DNA of 64,000 nucleotides, taken from Haliotis rufescens (taxonomy: Eukaryota). Numbering within the stretch: the first letter of the stretch is position 1; each line of letters starts with the position of its first letter. The position numbers were made by a program, and so were the translations under genes. The notes beneath the pieces were generated by a model, which worked only from the letters and a program-made list of their open reading frames with translations, was not told where the DNA came from and made no database searches. Location of the stretch: the NCBI RefSeq assembly GCF_023055435.1, contig NW_025964223.1, positions 38,440,001-38,504,000 on the forward strand. Direction: 5' to 3'. Shown here in pieces: positions 27,713-41,552 of the stretch.

Positions 27713-28625
27713 TGCCGCATTGACAGGGCTACAATTGCCACATTGACAGGGCTAAAGAAGCTGCATTGACAGGGCTAATGATGCCGAATTGACAGGGCTT
27801 ATGATGCCACATTGACAGGGCTAATGATGCCACATTGACAGGGCTAATGATGCCGCATTGACAGTGCTAAAGATGCCACATTGACAGGGCTAATGGTGCC
27901 ACATTGACAGGGCTAATGATGCCATCTTGACAGGGCTAAAGATGCCGCATCGACAGGGCTAATGATGCCACATTGACAGGGCTAATGATGCCGCCTTGAC
28001 AGGGCTAATGATGCCGCATTGACAGGGCTAATGATGCCACATTAACAGGGCTAATGATGCCGCATTGACAGGGCTAAAGATGCCGTATTGACAGGGATAT
28101 TGATGCCACATTGACAGAGCTAATGATGCCGCATTGACAGGGCTAATGATGCCACATTGACAGGGCTAATGATGCCGCATTGACAGGGATATTGATGCCA
28201 CATTGACAGGGCGAATGATGCCGCATTGACAGGGTTAATGATGCCACATTGACAGGGCTAATGATGCCGCCTTGACAGGGTTAATGATGCCACATTGACA
28301 GGGCCAATGATGCCGCCTTGACAGGGCTAATGATGCCGCCTTGACAGGGATATTGATGCCACATTGACAGGGCTAATGATGCCGCCTTGACAGGGCTAAT
28401 GATGCCGCATTGACAGAGCTAATGATGCCGCATTGACAGGGATATTGATGCCACATTGACAGGGCTAATGATGCCGCATTGACAGGGCTAATGATGCCGC
28501 ATTGACAGGGCTAATGATGCCACATTGACAGGGCTAATGATGCCGTATTGACAGGGATAATGATGCCGCCTTGACAGGGCTAATGATGCCGCATTGACAG
28601 GGCTACAGTTGCTGCCTTCACAGGG
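27713..28625. repeat. 23-bp minisatellite (attgacagggctaatgatgccrc)
   Basis: About 39 tandem units. Confidence 0.97.
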
Positions 28626-30265
28626 AAAATAGAGAATACTTCTGTAATATTATCTGTGGTGTAATTTTACAACTTCAGTCATTTTTACACTGTGACAAAA
28701 TGTGTTTAGAATGTAAACACGTGCATGACATGTTTAGATAAAAAACACCTTAAGTAAGGTGATTAAATTGTACAGGGAATGCACATTTGGTGTGTTCTAT
28801 CGGAAAACGTTTAGGGTCTAAACGCATGAAATGAGTTATCGTCTCACAGCCTCAACACCACCTGAACAGAACATCCCCCATCTTCCCGAGTCAAGGGAGT
28901 TAACTGACTGTTAAAAGTCCAGTTTACACCCTTGCCGAACAAGGCTGGAATTCTGAGGCTCGATCGTAGGTCAGAAGTGGCGATGACGAGTTATGTTCCT
29001 TCTATTTACCCCCTCCTATTGACCAATCAGTTTCCACCTCTCATATCAAATGCATTTGCTTGAAACAAAATGACGGCAACCAGTCAAAGTGAGTGAGTTG
29101 GGTTTAACACCGCTTTCAATTTAATCAATTTATATCAAGTTGTGTCAGCTTGATTCGGGAGGAAAGCCAGAAGTGATACAGGTCTCAGACTTTTACCACT
29201 GTGGTGACACCAAGGCCAAAAACTCAGAAACGTAATCAGGTTGAACCGGGATTCGAACTGACAATCATTGGTTTCTAGTGGGAATTCCAGCGCCTGAGAC
29301 GACTGGGCCACCCGTGATCAAGATCTTTGTTGTAATAACATTGGTCTTACCTTGCTAAGTGAATCAAATCACTTGAGCATCTTGATAAAAAACATGAAAA
29401 GATTTGGAAAATATCTGTCGATGGTATACACATGCTCTGCAAATCCTGCATTTGACCGAAATCTGCAAGGCAATCACCACGTTGTTTATGAGCCGAATGT
29501 CGATTTCATTACGCACTTTTAATTGGAAAATGAATATGCTCGTCAGTCCAACCATAATTCCAATTTTGTTCCGCAAAGGTGGAAACTGGACTTTGAGAGT
29601 CAGTTAACGCAATTGCCTCGGGAAGATGGTCAAATTACTTTATCACTTAAACAGGCATCACATATTGTCAAACTCCTAACAATCATTTGAGCAGACCGTG
29701 ATTTTTGTGTTATATTTTACGAGCATTTTCGGAAACATATATTAAAGATAACCACTGAGTGGGAACAACTTGTGGTAATTAAGTGACGTTTATTGTCGTT
29801 AACATGATGACGCATGCATGATGTCCACCATGACTCCTCGCTTGGTCATATTGAAATTAAATTTTAAATAGTTAATTTTCACAAAATTTAACAGAAAAGT
29901 GACAGACAATTTTCATTTCATGACAGGCAATACATGCGGCCCAGAGTGGTTGCTGCTGTGGTGGCTGTGTGTTCCATTGTACAAGATTTCATTATCTGCC
30001 ACGCAGACAATGGTTGAAAACTTTTTTGGAACAGATCCAACAAGAGAAATGTCATAGCTTGATGAGTCGATAGCTCTGATTGGCTCTTGAAAACTCCCTT
30101 ACCACACCCCGGCGCAGTGATAACTTAGCATAACACCACTGCCGCAGGCTAATTTGCATATCACGTGACCTGACTTTTCTCAGAACAGAACAGAAATCAG
30201 AACAGATTTGCCTAATGCAAGTGTTATATAGGTATGCTACATTTTACTACAACTGTGACAATAAG

Positions 30266-30429
30266 TAAGTGAGTGAGTATGGTTTTACGCCGCTTTTAGC
30301 AATATTTCAGCAATATCACGGCGGGGGACACCAGAAATGGGTTTCACATATTGTACCCATGTCGGGAATCGAACCCGGGTCTTCGGCGTGACGAGCGAAC
30401 GCTTTAACCACTAGGCTACTCGGCCGCCC
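30266..30429 (-). mobile_element. tRNA-derived SINE (family B), well preserved
   Basis: (GAGT)n tail; ggaatcgaaccc (B-box) and aaccactaggcta (A-box) on the reverse strand. Confidence 0.88.
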
Positions 30430-30643
30430 ACTGTGACAGTGAAGTACATGAAAATATATATTTATACATCAAAGTGACCATATGGCTAGGTCTCCGGCGG
30501 CTTCGATGACAGCACGGCCGGAACCGTACAACCAATGTAAACAAATGAGAACTAAGCAAATGGAAATAGCTTTTTCACTTTTAGGATATTTTCTAAAACC
30601 GTTCTATCACATATGTTTATCTTGACGTGTAGACTTGTAAAAA

Positions 30644-31812
30644 ATGAAACAGATGAAGGACATATATAATATCTTAAATGGAAGCTTGGGCAACATAATT
30701 GTCCAAAAAGAAACTGAAACGGATCAAGGTATTATGAGACAGTCTATATGGTTTAATAATGAAATACAAATAGGAAATAGTCCAATCTTTTATAAACATT
30801 GGTCAAGCAGAGGTGTAGCTTTCATTGGGGATTTAGTGGATGACAAAGGTAAAATTTATGTATTTGATGCTTTTGTGCATATATATGGAATCCAAACAAA
30901 TTATATAGAATATTATGGAGTTGTAAATGCAGTCAAACAATTTTGTAAGGCAAAGGAATACAATATTTTCAATTCTATATCTCTTCAACCAAGCATGCCA
31001 CTCAACATATCACATCTTCTAAACCAAAATATGGGTAGCAAAAATTTTTACAAGTCTTTATCAGCACAGGAGTTTGTTAAATTCCATGTCATTGAAAAAT
31101 GGGAAAGTGTGTTAAATAAGACATTTAGTGAAACAAATTGGCAAGAACATATAGTGATGGCAAAAAGGTGCACTCAAAGTGAGGATATTAGATGGTTTCA
31201 GTTTAAGATTATTCACTACATTCTTACAACTAACAAATATTTATATAAAATTGGATGTGTTGATTCTCCTATGTGTACTTTCTGTACAAATCAACCTGAA
31301 ACTATGATCCATATGTTGTATGATTGTGAAGATGTAAGAAAGAGTTGGGAGAGACTGTATATCTGGTTAAAATCCGTTGTGGAAGGAACGATTGATTTAA
31401 ACAGAGAAAATGTTTTGTTTGGATTTCAAGGCAAACACAACAAACCCATTGAATATTGTACTTTTAATAGCAAAACAAGTTATATACAGGCAATGTAAGT
31501 AAAGATCAAGGCCACATTTTGAACACATACAGCATGAGATAAAAAGTTATTGCAATGCTACAAAGGTAATTTGTCATTCACAAATTGTAACTATGCAAAC
31601 TTTTTTAGTTTTTGGTCTTCCTTCCACACTTTTATAAAAACTGAACAGTGATACACTGATACAGTACGTGGACTTTACAGGCAAGAATTTATTGTATAGA
31701 AAGATGTACATTTTTTGAAAACCATGTACCACAATTGTATTGAACAAGACATGTATATATAAATGTTGTACCTGCTGAGATGAATAAAGAGGGAAAATAA
31801 AAAAAATGAAAA
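30644..31812 (+). mobile_element. 5'-truncated L1/Tx1-clade LINE: ORF2 C-terminus (zf-RVT), 3'UTR and A-rich tail
   Basis: IWFNNEIQIG...W..RGV..IGDL; FQFKIIHYILTTNKYLYKIG...CTFC...ETMIHMLYDC zinc motif; frameshift near 31445; aataaa and A-rich end at ~31783-31812. Confidence 0.88.
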
Positions 31813-31816
31813 AGTT

Positions 31817-33700
31817 AACACAGCCTGTACAAAGGCCATACGACTGATAGTACAATAACACAACCTGTCCAATAACCACACGTCCTATATTACAATAACA
31901 AGCCTCTCCAATAACCACACAGTCTATATTACAATAACACAACCTGTACAATGGCCATACAATTGATAGTACAATAACACAGCCTGTACAATGACCACAC
32001 CGCCTTTATAACAATAACACATCCTGTACAATGATCACACGGCCTATATTACAATAACACAGACTATTCAATGACCACACGGTCTATATTACAATAACAC
32101 AACCTGTACAATGGCCATACAATTGATAGTACAATAACACAGCCTGTACAATGACCACACCGCCTTTATAACAATAACACATCCTGTACAATGACCACAC
32201 GGTCAAAATTAAAATAACACATCCTGTACAATGACCACACAGTCTATATTACAATAACACAGCCTGTACAATGACCACACGGTCTATATTACAATAACAC
32301 AGCCTGTACAATGACCACACGGTCTATATTACAATAACACAGCCTGTACAATGACCACACGACCTATATTACAACAGCACATCCTGTACAATGACCACAC
32401 GGTCTATATTACAATAACACATCCTGTACAATGACCACACGGTCTATATTACAACAACACATCCTGTACAATGCCCACACAGTCTATATTACAATAACAC
32501 AGCCTGTACAATGACCACACAGTCTATATTACAATAACACATCCTGTACAATGACCACACGACCTATATTACAACAACACATCCTGTACAATGACCACAC
32601 GGTCTATATTACAATAACACATCCTGTACAATGACCACACGGTCTATATTACAACAACACATCCTGTACAATGATCACACAGTCTATATTACAATAACAC
32701 ATCCTGTACAATGACCACACAGTCTATATTACAATAACACATCCTGTACAATGACCACACAGTCTATATTACAATAACACAGCCTGTACAATGACCACAC
32801 AGTCTATATTACAATAACACATCCTGTACAATGACCACACAGTCTATATTACAATAACACATCCTGTACAATGCCCACACGGTCTATATTACAACACCAC
32901 ATCCTGTACAATGACCACACGGCCTATATTACAACAACACATCCTGTACAATGACAACACAGTCTATATTACAATACCACAGCCTGTACAATGCCCACAC
33001 GGTCTATATTACAACAACACATCCTGTACAATGACCACACAGTCTATATTACAATAACACATCCTGTACAATGACCACACGGCCTATATTACAATAACAC
33101 ATCCTGTACAATGACCACACGGCCTATATTACAACAACACATCCTGTACAATGACCACACAGTCTATATTACAATAACACAGCCTGTACAATGACCACAC
33201 AGTCTATATTACAATAACACAGCCTGTACAATGACCACACAGTCTATATTACAATAACACAGCCTGTACAATGACCACACGGTCTATATTACAATAACAC
33301 AGCCTGTACAATGCCCACACCGCCTGTATGACAATAACACATCCTGTACAATGACCACACCGCCTATATAACAATAACACATCATGTACAATGACCACAC
33401 CGCCTATATAACAATAACACAGCCTGTACAATGACCACACGGCCTATATAACAATAACACAGCCTGTACAATGACCACACCGCCTATATAACAATAACAC
33501 AGCCTGTACAATGCCCACACGGCCTATATTACAATAACACAGCCAGTCATGACAATACGGCCTATAGTACAATAACACAGTCTGTACAATAACCATCCGA
33601 CCTATATTACAATATCACAGTCTGTACAATGACCACACGACTGATAGTACAATAACACAGCCTGTGCAATGACCACACCGCCTGTATAACAATAAAACAT
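31817..33700. repeat. 40-bp minisatellite (acaataacacatcctgtacaatgaccacacggtctatatt)
   Basis: About 47 tandem units starting right after the LINE tail. Confidence 0.97.
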
Positions 33701-34448
33701 CCCGTTCACTGACCAATCAAAAAAATAATTAAAAAAATAAATATCTTAAATGGACTGTTAAGGTGTGAAAAATAGTCACATGGCGCTGGTCTGGGGCAGA
33801 GGTACAATGCTGGGGGCTTGGAACCCCTGATAGGAGAGTGCTCTCTAATGTAACAGATGCGCCACTCCACGGAAAGTGTAAGTTCCATTTGGATTGGACT
33901 CTTAGAAATTTAGAGTTTTCCCTCTCCAGGAAAACGTGATAACGTCTTCTAGCATCTATGTCTCGTAGTATATGTATATTCGATATTGTTCGGTAATTTT
34001 ACTTGAAACCGCACCCAGTTCTCAATTCTTTTGAGATTTGTGATCATAGGTTGTATTCGGGATTCAGTGGTGAGCAAATGAGACTCACTGTGAAAAATTA
34101 GATGGTATTCGGTATTCAGTGTTAAGGAATGGTATTTGGGGGATTCAGTGATGTTAACCCGGATAAACGTTTGTTCTAAGTTACTTTATGGCGGGAATCA
34201 TAGTTAAATATGGACATAATGTAAAACACACAGGTACGTTAAAACATGTAATACATACAGAGATAGCAAAGGCGATAAGCGTTTGAGTTAATTGAACTTA
34301 ACACCTGATACAGGAGGATGTGCGTATTCATCTTAAAGTATTATATAATAATTTAAGTATTGCGACATACAGTGAAAGATGATCTACGCTCTTTGGCGAG
34401 GCCAGCTACTCTAACAGGGTCAGGGTGACAATTTATTCGTTCGGGAAG

Positions 34449-34663
34449 GATAAACCGAAACTGAAAGTACAAAGTATCACAATACGTCTTATTCAACCCT
34501 ACAGCCACCGCGTGCTGGTATGACGCATGCTTTATTGATTGCGCTTCTTGGAAATGTAAGGGATTGTGCTTATTTTCACTTTCTGTTTACCTATCCTAAA
34601 GCATCTAAGATAGCGACTACAGCACAACACATTTCCTGATCGACAAGGAAGGACACGTCCTGG
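34449..34663 (+). promoter_or_regulatory. Promoter and non-coding first exon of ART copy 1, with ISRE/IRF-E, CRE/AP-1 and GAS-like motifs
   Basis: AAACCGAAACTGAAAGT 34452-34468; TGACGCA 34521-27; TTCTTGGAA 34545-53; reverse AAACAGAAAGTGAAAA 34573-88; donor tgg|gtatgt at 34663/4; all conserved in position in copy 3. Confidence 0.65.
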
Positions 34664-34816
34664 GTATGTTGAAACACTACTATCATTTTCTTTTTCTCAT
34701 TTATTTTAGAAAATATCTAAAAAAATTATGCCTTTACAATACATGATTTCAGTCTCGATGTTGAGGGAAAAGACTGAATGAAGGAGTAATATTTTCTGTG
34801 TTTTAGAAGTCAAAAC

Positions 34817-35992
34817 ATGGCAACTATTACCTTTTACCACTACACTGACAAGGCTGGGAAGGACGCTATCGTCCGTCAGAAACGAATCCGCCAAAGTGAT
34901 GGGGCCAACGATGCACGGTATGGGACAGGTGGGTCACAAAACAACAAAAGTATTATTCTACATATTTTACCTCACAATCCGGTTTAAGACAAACAATCCT
35001 GTAAATGAAGCTAAACTTTTGTCACATTGATCACTCACTGGGATTGACCTGAATGACGTCAAATAACATTGATAACGGTCGGACAAGTTTGAAGTTGTAG
35101 GGCAACATGGCGCGTTCTGTTCGACTTTAGAACTTTCTGATTTCACAAAAACACGAGTTGATAGACGGATGGCGATAGGTTAATTGTCAATAATCAATGG
35201 TGATACATCGATTTAAAGTAAAGTATCCGATTCAATAGTTAGCATCTTTGGTGCGATACACTATCGATAGTTTCGACAGATGTAATTAGATTAACTATTA
35301 TGATAATCATTAACTTCTTAAATCGATTTGTAACCAAACTGCACCTTATTTCAGTGTATCCATTCAAAACGATTTTATCAAACATTGAAAAATAAATATT
35401 TTGAGCGTTTCGTTTAATTTGATCCCGTGCATAGAATACTCAAGGAGACCAGAAAATCTGAAAATATAATGTTTATCTCCTACAAAACCGTCTCCTATCA
35501 TCTTCCAAAGGAATCTTGAACTTATCAAATAATGCAAGGAATGTGGGAAGGAATTCTTCATATTTTCGCCATACTGCTGTAATATTTATATGATGTTTGC
35601 ACAAGTATCGTATTAACAATTTCAAACCTATTTATATCATGCCTGAACACGTACCGTAATAACTATTGCAAGCCTACTGCAGTAAGAAATGTGCCTCGGT
35701 GTTCCAGTACTCACTGATTTCTAACTGCTCATTCATTCCAGTGTAATTGTTTACAGGTGTGTACGGAACAAGCCTATCTCCGTCTGAAGGACTCAAGAAA
35801 ATAGCCTGGAACAATTGGGATGGTATTGTCAACCTAAACAAGGGGATGCTCATGAGAGCGGCATGGGCAATCGAGGTGAAGCTACCAAAGTCCCAGGTTA
35901 AAGAAGTTGGGTCAAAGCGGGATATCTTGATTTACACTGGCGGTGACCTTCAACTTGACGACTACGTCTGGGAGGTCATCCAGGTTGCCTAG
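34817..35992 (+). CDS. Stand-alone Tox-ART-HYD1-like ADP-ribosyltransferase, copy 1 (115 aa, no signal peptide); join(34817..34928,35757..35992)
   Basis: Spliced protein MATITFYHYTDKAGKDAIVRQKRIRQSDGANDARYGTG|VYGTSLSPSEGLKKIAWNNWDG...WAIEVKLP...KRDILIYTGGDLQLDDYVWEVIQVA; GT-AG phase-1 intron; acceptor ttttag at 34806 and aaacATGG context; H8 (YHYT), Y40 (GxGVY), D93 (RDI). Confidence 0.85.
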
Positions 35993-36872
35993 AAGTGAAC
36001 GAGGATATGGTCGCATTTGCATTATTAAAAGTTTTATTACTTTACAAACTGAATCAGAAAGATAGATTAAGAATATTACGTGCTACAACATAAGATGAGT
36101 GCAGGATGTACACAATGTATGTATTATTCTGAAAAGCAGAGGTGTCGGCAATGTAGAGAACAGACCAGTTACCAACATGACACTCAGTGGCTTAGTTTGT
36201 TACTAACTCAGCTCAGCAGTAAATATTGACCTTCAATTGTACTCCGTGTTCCTTATTTATTCGTCAGTGTATTTATCACAACTCTCACATGTTTCAGTGA
36301 TATAATGATTTACGTGACAGTGTTGCGTAATTCTTAACATACAGCTGAACAATTGTACTCCGTGTTCCTTATGTACTCGTCAGTGTGTTTATCACAACGC
36401 TCACACGATAAACAATATGTCACTGACACATTGACATAATAAATGTACTTCTTCATCCACTCGAACATGCTGCAAACAATTGAAACAATACAAAATACAT
36501 CACAGACAACATACATAATCCAGTATTGTATATAGAGTATTTGGGATCTCATGTTTAAAGTTTTTCTTGCACGTTGCATGCTTATTATAATTACTTGCAT
36601 ATTTTATGTTCTGATTCATATTAATATGTATTTAATTAACATATACATATTATGTGTAACATTAACTTAATGCATTTACTGCCATTTAATGGTTTAATAT
36701 CACAAAAGACAGCCCAAATTACCCCTCTTTTAGTGCAGCCTAACGTGAAGACTGGACTAATTCTAATGAACCAAGATGAAATTGGCTTTAACGTACGTTG
36801 CGCTCAAGATTACTGCACTCATATAGCGACCTGCATGTACATGTAGTGTTATTTTTAGGGTTAGTGTAAGCG

Positions 36873-36959
36873 GTTGTGTGTGCGCGTGTGCGCGTGTGCG
36901 CGTGTGTGAGGCTGTTTGTGCGCGTGCGCGTGCGCGTGCGCGTGCGTGTGCGTGTGTGC
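36873..36959. repeat. (GT/GC)n alternating purine-pyrimidine microsatellite
   Basis: Visible directly. Confidence 0.9.
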
Positions 36960-36995
36960 ACTAGTGAGTAGTAATGCCGGTTTTATATAGCTTGC

Positions 36996-37333
36996 CAACT
37001 CACGGCAAAAAATGCAGTTTCCGGTATCCGGATGCCTTCACTTATTCAAAACGCATCAGGGTATCCGGTGGCAAATGCCTTGCCGGATACCAGATCCGTG
37101 GTAATCGTCATTGGACACCTCACCGGAAAGCATGCCTCCTGGAATCCGGGTATCCGGCACCGGATACCTCACTGGATACCTCAATCTGGGTGTCCAAGGA
37201 TCCGGCAGCAGATACCTCATTCTGAGTTTCATTAAGTGTGAAACACCTAAAAATATATTTGAAACTAACCAAGAAAACTGAACATTGCTGAAGGTATCCG
37301 GCAGGTATCCGGATGCACTTTTTTTTCGAGATG
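36996..37333. mobile_element. Non-autonomous TIR element with many GTATCCGG/CCGGATAC internal motifs
   Basis: Imperfect termini caactcacggcaaaaaatgca / tgcacttttttttcgagatg; about 10 gtatcc/ggatac motifs in both orientations. Confidence 0.5.
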
Positions 37334-37569
37334 TCTTTTTTCTAGTAAATAATGTTAGCCTGGGCATATCAGGTAGCTGTTGTAATATTCTGTGTTACTT
37401 TAGTTGAAAATATCCCCTTACATTTGAGATCAATGGGCATGTTCTTTTGGTGAAAACATCTTCAATTTCATATATATTTCATTTTAGATGTTCAGAGTAT
37501 TGAATGAAAAACTATCTGTCCTGGTGTGATGATATCCTTAAATTTCATCTTCATATTCCCAGTTTTGTC

Positions 37570-37692
37570 TAGCCTAGTGGTTGAAGCGTTCGATTCACCA
37601 CATCGGTACAATGAGTGAAGCCCATTGCTTGGTGTCACCCATCATGATATTGTTGGAATATTGCTCAAAATGACATAACACCATACTCACTC
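37570..37692 (+). mobile_element. SINE family B, internally deleted
   Basis: agcctagtggttgaagcgttcgattc...ccatactcactc. Confidence 0.7.
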
Positions 37693-38929
37693 TGAAACAA
37701 AAAACAAAAAGTCATTGGCTGTGTGCTCACTTGGGCCTTTGTTCCTGGTGAGATTAAAAGATTATTTTGGAACGGTATCAGTACTTGGTACATCTAGACA
37801 GACGAGTTTCATTGAAGTTTGCAACAGAATATAATTGCCCCAAGTAGATGCATAAGACTTGTGGCATCCACAGAAAACACCTAATAAAGTATCGGTACAT
37901 AAAAATATCAATGTCATTTTTCTACTGACATGGAACTAAAAACTTTGTTCGGTGAGATGTATTAATTGTAGGAAAACATTCAGGGCATTAGTATATTTGA
38001 TAAATGTTCAGCACCTATGTTATGGCTGATCAATATTATATTCCTTTATGCTAATGAAGCAAAACAAAGAATTTGCTTAGATAAAAAATCATATTTATTG
38101 ATTTTATTATGACAGTTCATTGGTTCAGTAACCAGAGGCGTTTGCAAGAACTTTCAAAAACAGAAACAGATGCTTCAATGCCATTTTCTAAATAAACACA
38201 TGAGTCAAGTGTCAGAAGAATTTCAAAGTAGAAGTCAATTATGTTTGTGCAGTAAACCACAAAAGTCATTCAGATTTGTATAGTCAGTGTCGGTGTACAC
38301 CACATAAACATAGTCACACTGCTGTGGTATCAATTCCTTCAGATTTGATTAGCGTCGTAATAAAACAACCCACAGAATCACACTGATGTGGCATTTTTCA
38401 TTCAGAATAATCACTTTCTGAGGTGAACCTGTTGGTTGTTCTGGGGAGGATTATTCATCATCCGTTGAGTCCTTTGTATGACTTATCTGAGCTGGTGTCA
38501 CTGTGAAATCCAGGTACCTGAAACAAGTTATAACATCTTTAAAAGCTTGTTATTAAAACTATAAGAAACACACATGTTTTGACAAAGGGTAAAAAGTTGT
38601 TTTCTCGATCAGTAAGGTCATGACAATTTATCAAGCAACTGATATTTAACCATGGTAACCAATCTTAGAACATCTAAATAAGCCATAGCAAACCGTAAAT
38701 TTTACAGAAAATACAAAATTGTATCTGATCTTCTAAAAACAATTCCTGTAGTGCCACAAGGCTCACCTGAAGTTTTTCTGGAATGTTTGCATTACATGAA
38801 CAAGGAAGGGTAAACAAGGCAATGCAAAATTGCATAAAATAGGTTCTTATACATAAAAACAGAACCATTCATAACTATCAAAATTGTCAATCACACAAGT
38901 CATGTAAGTCATCTCAAAATACTATATAA

Positions 38930-39087
38930 TGAGTGAGCAAGTTTGTATAGTTTCACACGGCTTTTAGCAATATTCTAGCAATATCTCGACGGGGACACCA
39001 GAAATGGGTTTTCACACAGTACCGATGTGGGGAATAGAACCCGGGGCTTCAGAGAGCGCTTTACCCACTAGGCTACCCTATCATCCC
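38930..39087 (-). mobile_element. SINE family B
   Basis: Matches 30266-30429. Confidence 0.78.
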
Positions 39088-40435
39088 AAATACAAAAGAA
39101 AGTAACATTAGGATATCATACAACAGATATTTTCGCCAAATATCAAGTCATTATACAACTGATTGAATTAGAGGAGCAAATACATTTCAATGAAGCAGCT
39201 GAATCAGGCTAAATTTGAATCGTTCCTTGCTTTAGTTGCAATGGGAGCCACATTGGAAATAATAATCTCACTTATTATTGATATTTTATATCTACCATTA
39301 ATTGGTAGGCCAGAATAGACACTGATAAAAAAATTCAACTGAAAAGAACTACCTGAACCATCAACTAAAAACTATGTATATAACATTTTAGGGACCGGTC
39401 ATGTACTGGTATGTTCTTATACATTTTTACACGACTCTCCCAGAAAAGGAAAAATGCAAACCACTTTATATTTTATTATCCATTTTTCATAAACCTTCCC
39501 TAGAGACTGTCATATATTTGGGTGGCCTTCCCTGTTTGTTCTGACCTTAATTCGGCTACTGGCAATATTCATGAGTAAAGTCATTATCATATTTTTATCA
39601 TTTACCCTATCGTTTTTGAAAATTAATTTAATATGAAGATTAACAATTACACGAAAAACTGCCAAATATATTGTTCTGGCAAAGTGTAATCACAATTAAG
39701 TAGTTCTGTTCGGTTTTGGAACTTTTCAATGGTAATTGTAAATAAATGTGTATATTTCCTATTCGAATACTCATTTGAGTGTTATAAAGTTAAACAGTAT
39801 TGGATCTATCGTCTGTTTCTAAATACAGTGGAATCCAACTTTGACTTGCGTGACATAATTAAATCATACCCCAAGTTCTTTATGCATTGCTATGCATTGT
39901 TATGCATCTGCATAGAGTGGCCAATGTCCTTGCCTGACATGTAGTTTGCTACAAGGGAGAATCCATTAAGTACAGGTTGTGTCCAGACAAACTGTCTGAT
40001 AATCTCAAAGGCGGCCTTGGTAGCATCAAGGATGTAGCTAATCCTAAATAAACATTAAACAAGTGACCTCATCTCTTCTACAGAACATATGATCAATGCC
40101 TGCCCCACCTTTGGTGTAAATCATCTCGCTACGATCACAACAGCTCATCAGCAAGACGAACTCAATGTCAACTCATTGTGGATTAGGGATTAACAGGGCA
40201 ATTAGTGTCGAGTGGGTATTATCACTCGCAATTGTCCGTTAATTACTTAATTGACTAGTGACGGCTTCTCCAAATTAAGTAAGCAGCTCTAAAAGCCCCC
40301 AACATTAAAAACTCAACCAACCCCGCCCAAAAAGTAAATAATCTCGCCAACCACTTTTCGGCCCTTAGCAGTAACACCAACTTTAGCCAAAAATTCCAAG
40401 ATAAACTTAAAACAGAAAAAAACAACACAAAACAT

Positions 40436-41552
40436 GCACAATATGTCCCTATGGTCTGGAGTTAGATGTTGTGTTAGTCCCGGTGCTGGGGCTCTGTATG
40501 GGGTTGACACAGGCACAACATGTCCCTATGGTCTGGAGTTAGATGGGGTGTTAGACCCGGTGCTGGGGCTCTGTATGGGGGTTACACAGGCACAACATGG
40601 CCGTATGGTCTAGTGTTAGATGCAGTGTTAGACCCGGTGCTGGGGCTCTGTATGGGGATGACACAGGCACAACATGTCTAGAGTTAAGTGTGGTGTTAGA
40701 CCCGGTGCTGGGGCTCTGTATTGGGGTGACACAGGCACAACATGTCCGTATAATCTGGAGTTAGATGTTGTGTTAGTCCCGGTGCTGGGGCTCTGTATGG
40801 GGTTGACACAGGCACAACATGTCCCTATGGTCTGGAGTTAGATGGGGTGTTAGACCCGGTGCTGGGGCTCTGTATGGGGGTTACACAGGCACAACATGGC
40901 CGTATGGTCTGGTGTTAGATGCAGTGTTAGACCCGGTGCTGGGGCTCTGTATGGGGATGACACAGGCACAACATGTCTAGAGTTAAGTGTGGTGTTAGAC
41001 CCGGTGCTGGGGCTCTGTATTGGGGTGACACAGGCACAACATGTCCGTATGGTCTGGTGTTAGATGCGGTGTTAGACCCGGTGCTGGGGCTCTGTATGGG
41101 GATGACACAGGCACAACATGTCTAGAGTTAAGTGTGGTGTTAGACCTGGTGCTGGGGCTCTGTATTGGGGTGACACAGGCACAACATGGCCGTATGGTCT
41201 GGAGTAAGATGTAGTGTTAGACCCGGTGCTGGGGCTCTGTATGGGGATGACAGAGGCACAACATGTCTAGAGTTAAGTGTGGTGTTAGACCCGGTGCTGG
41301 GGCTCTGTATTGGGGTGACACAGGCACAACATGTCCGTATGGTCTGGAGTTAGATGTTGTGTTAGACCCGGTGCTGGGGCTCTGTATGGGGATGACACAG
41401 GCACAACATGTCTAGAGTTAAGTGTGGTGTTAGACCCGGTGCTGGGGCTCTGTATTGGGGTGACACAGGCACAACATGTCCGTATGGTCTGGAGTTACAT
41501 GTTGTGTTAGACCCGGTGCTGGGGCTCTGTATGGGGTTGACACAGGCACATT
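40436..41552. repeat. Minisatellite of mixed 77- and 68-bp units with a 299-bp higher-order repeat
   Basis: Core gttagacccggtgctggggctctgtatgggg..gacacaggcacaacatg; variant gttagtccc recurs at 40473 and 40772. Confidence 0.95.
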
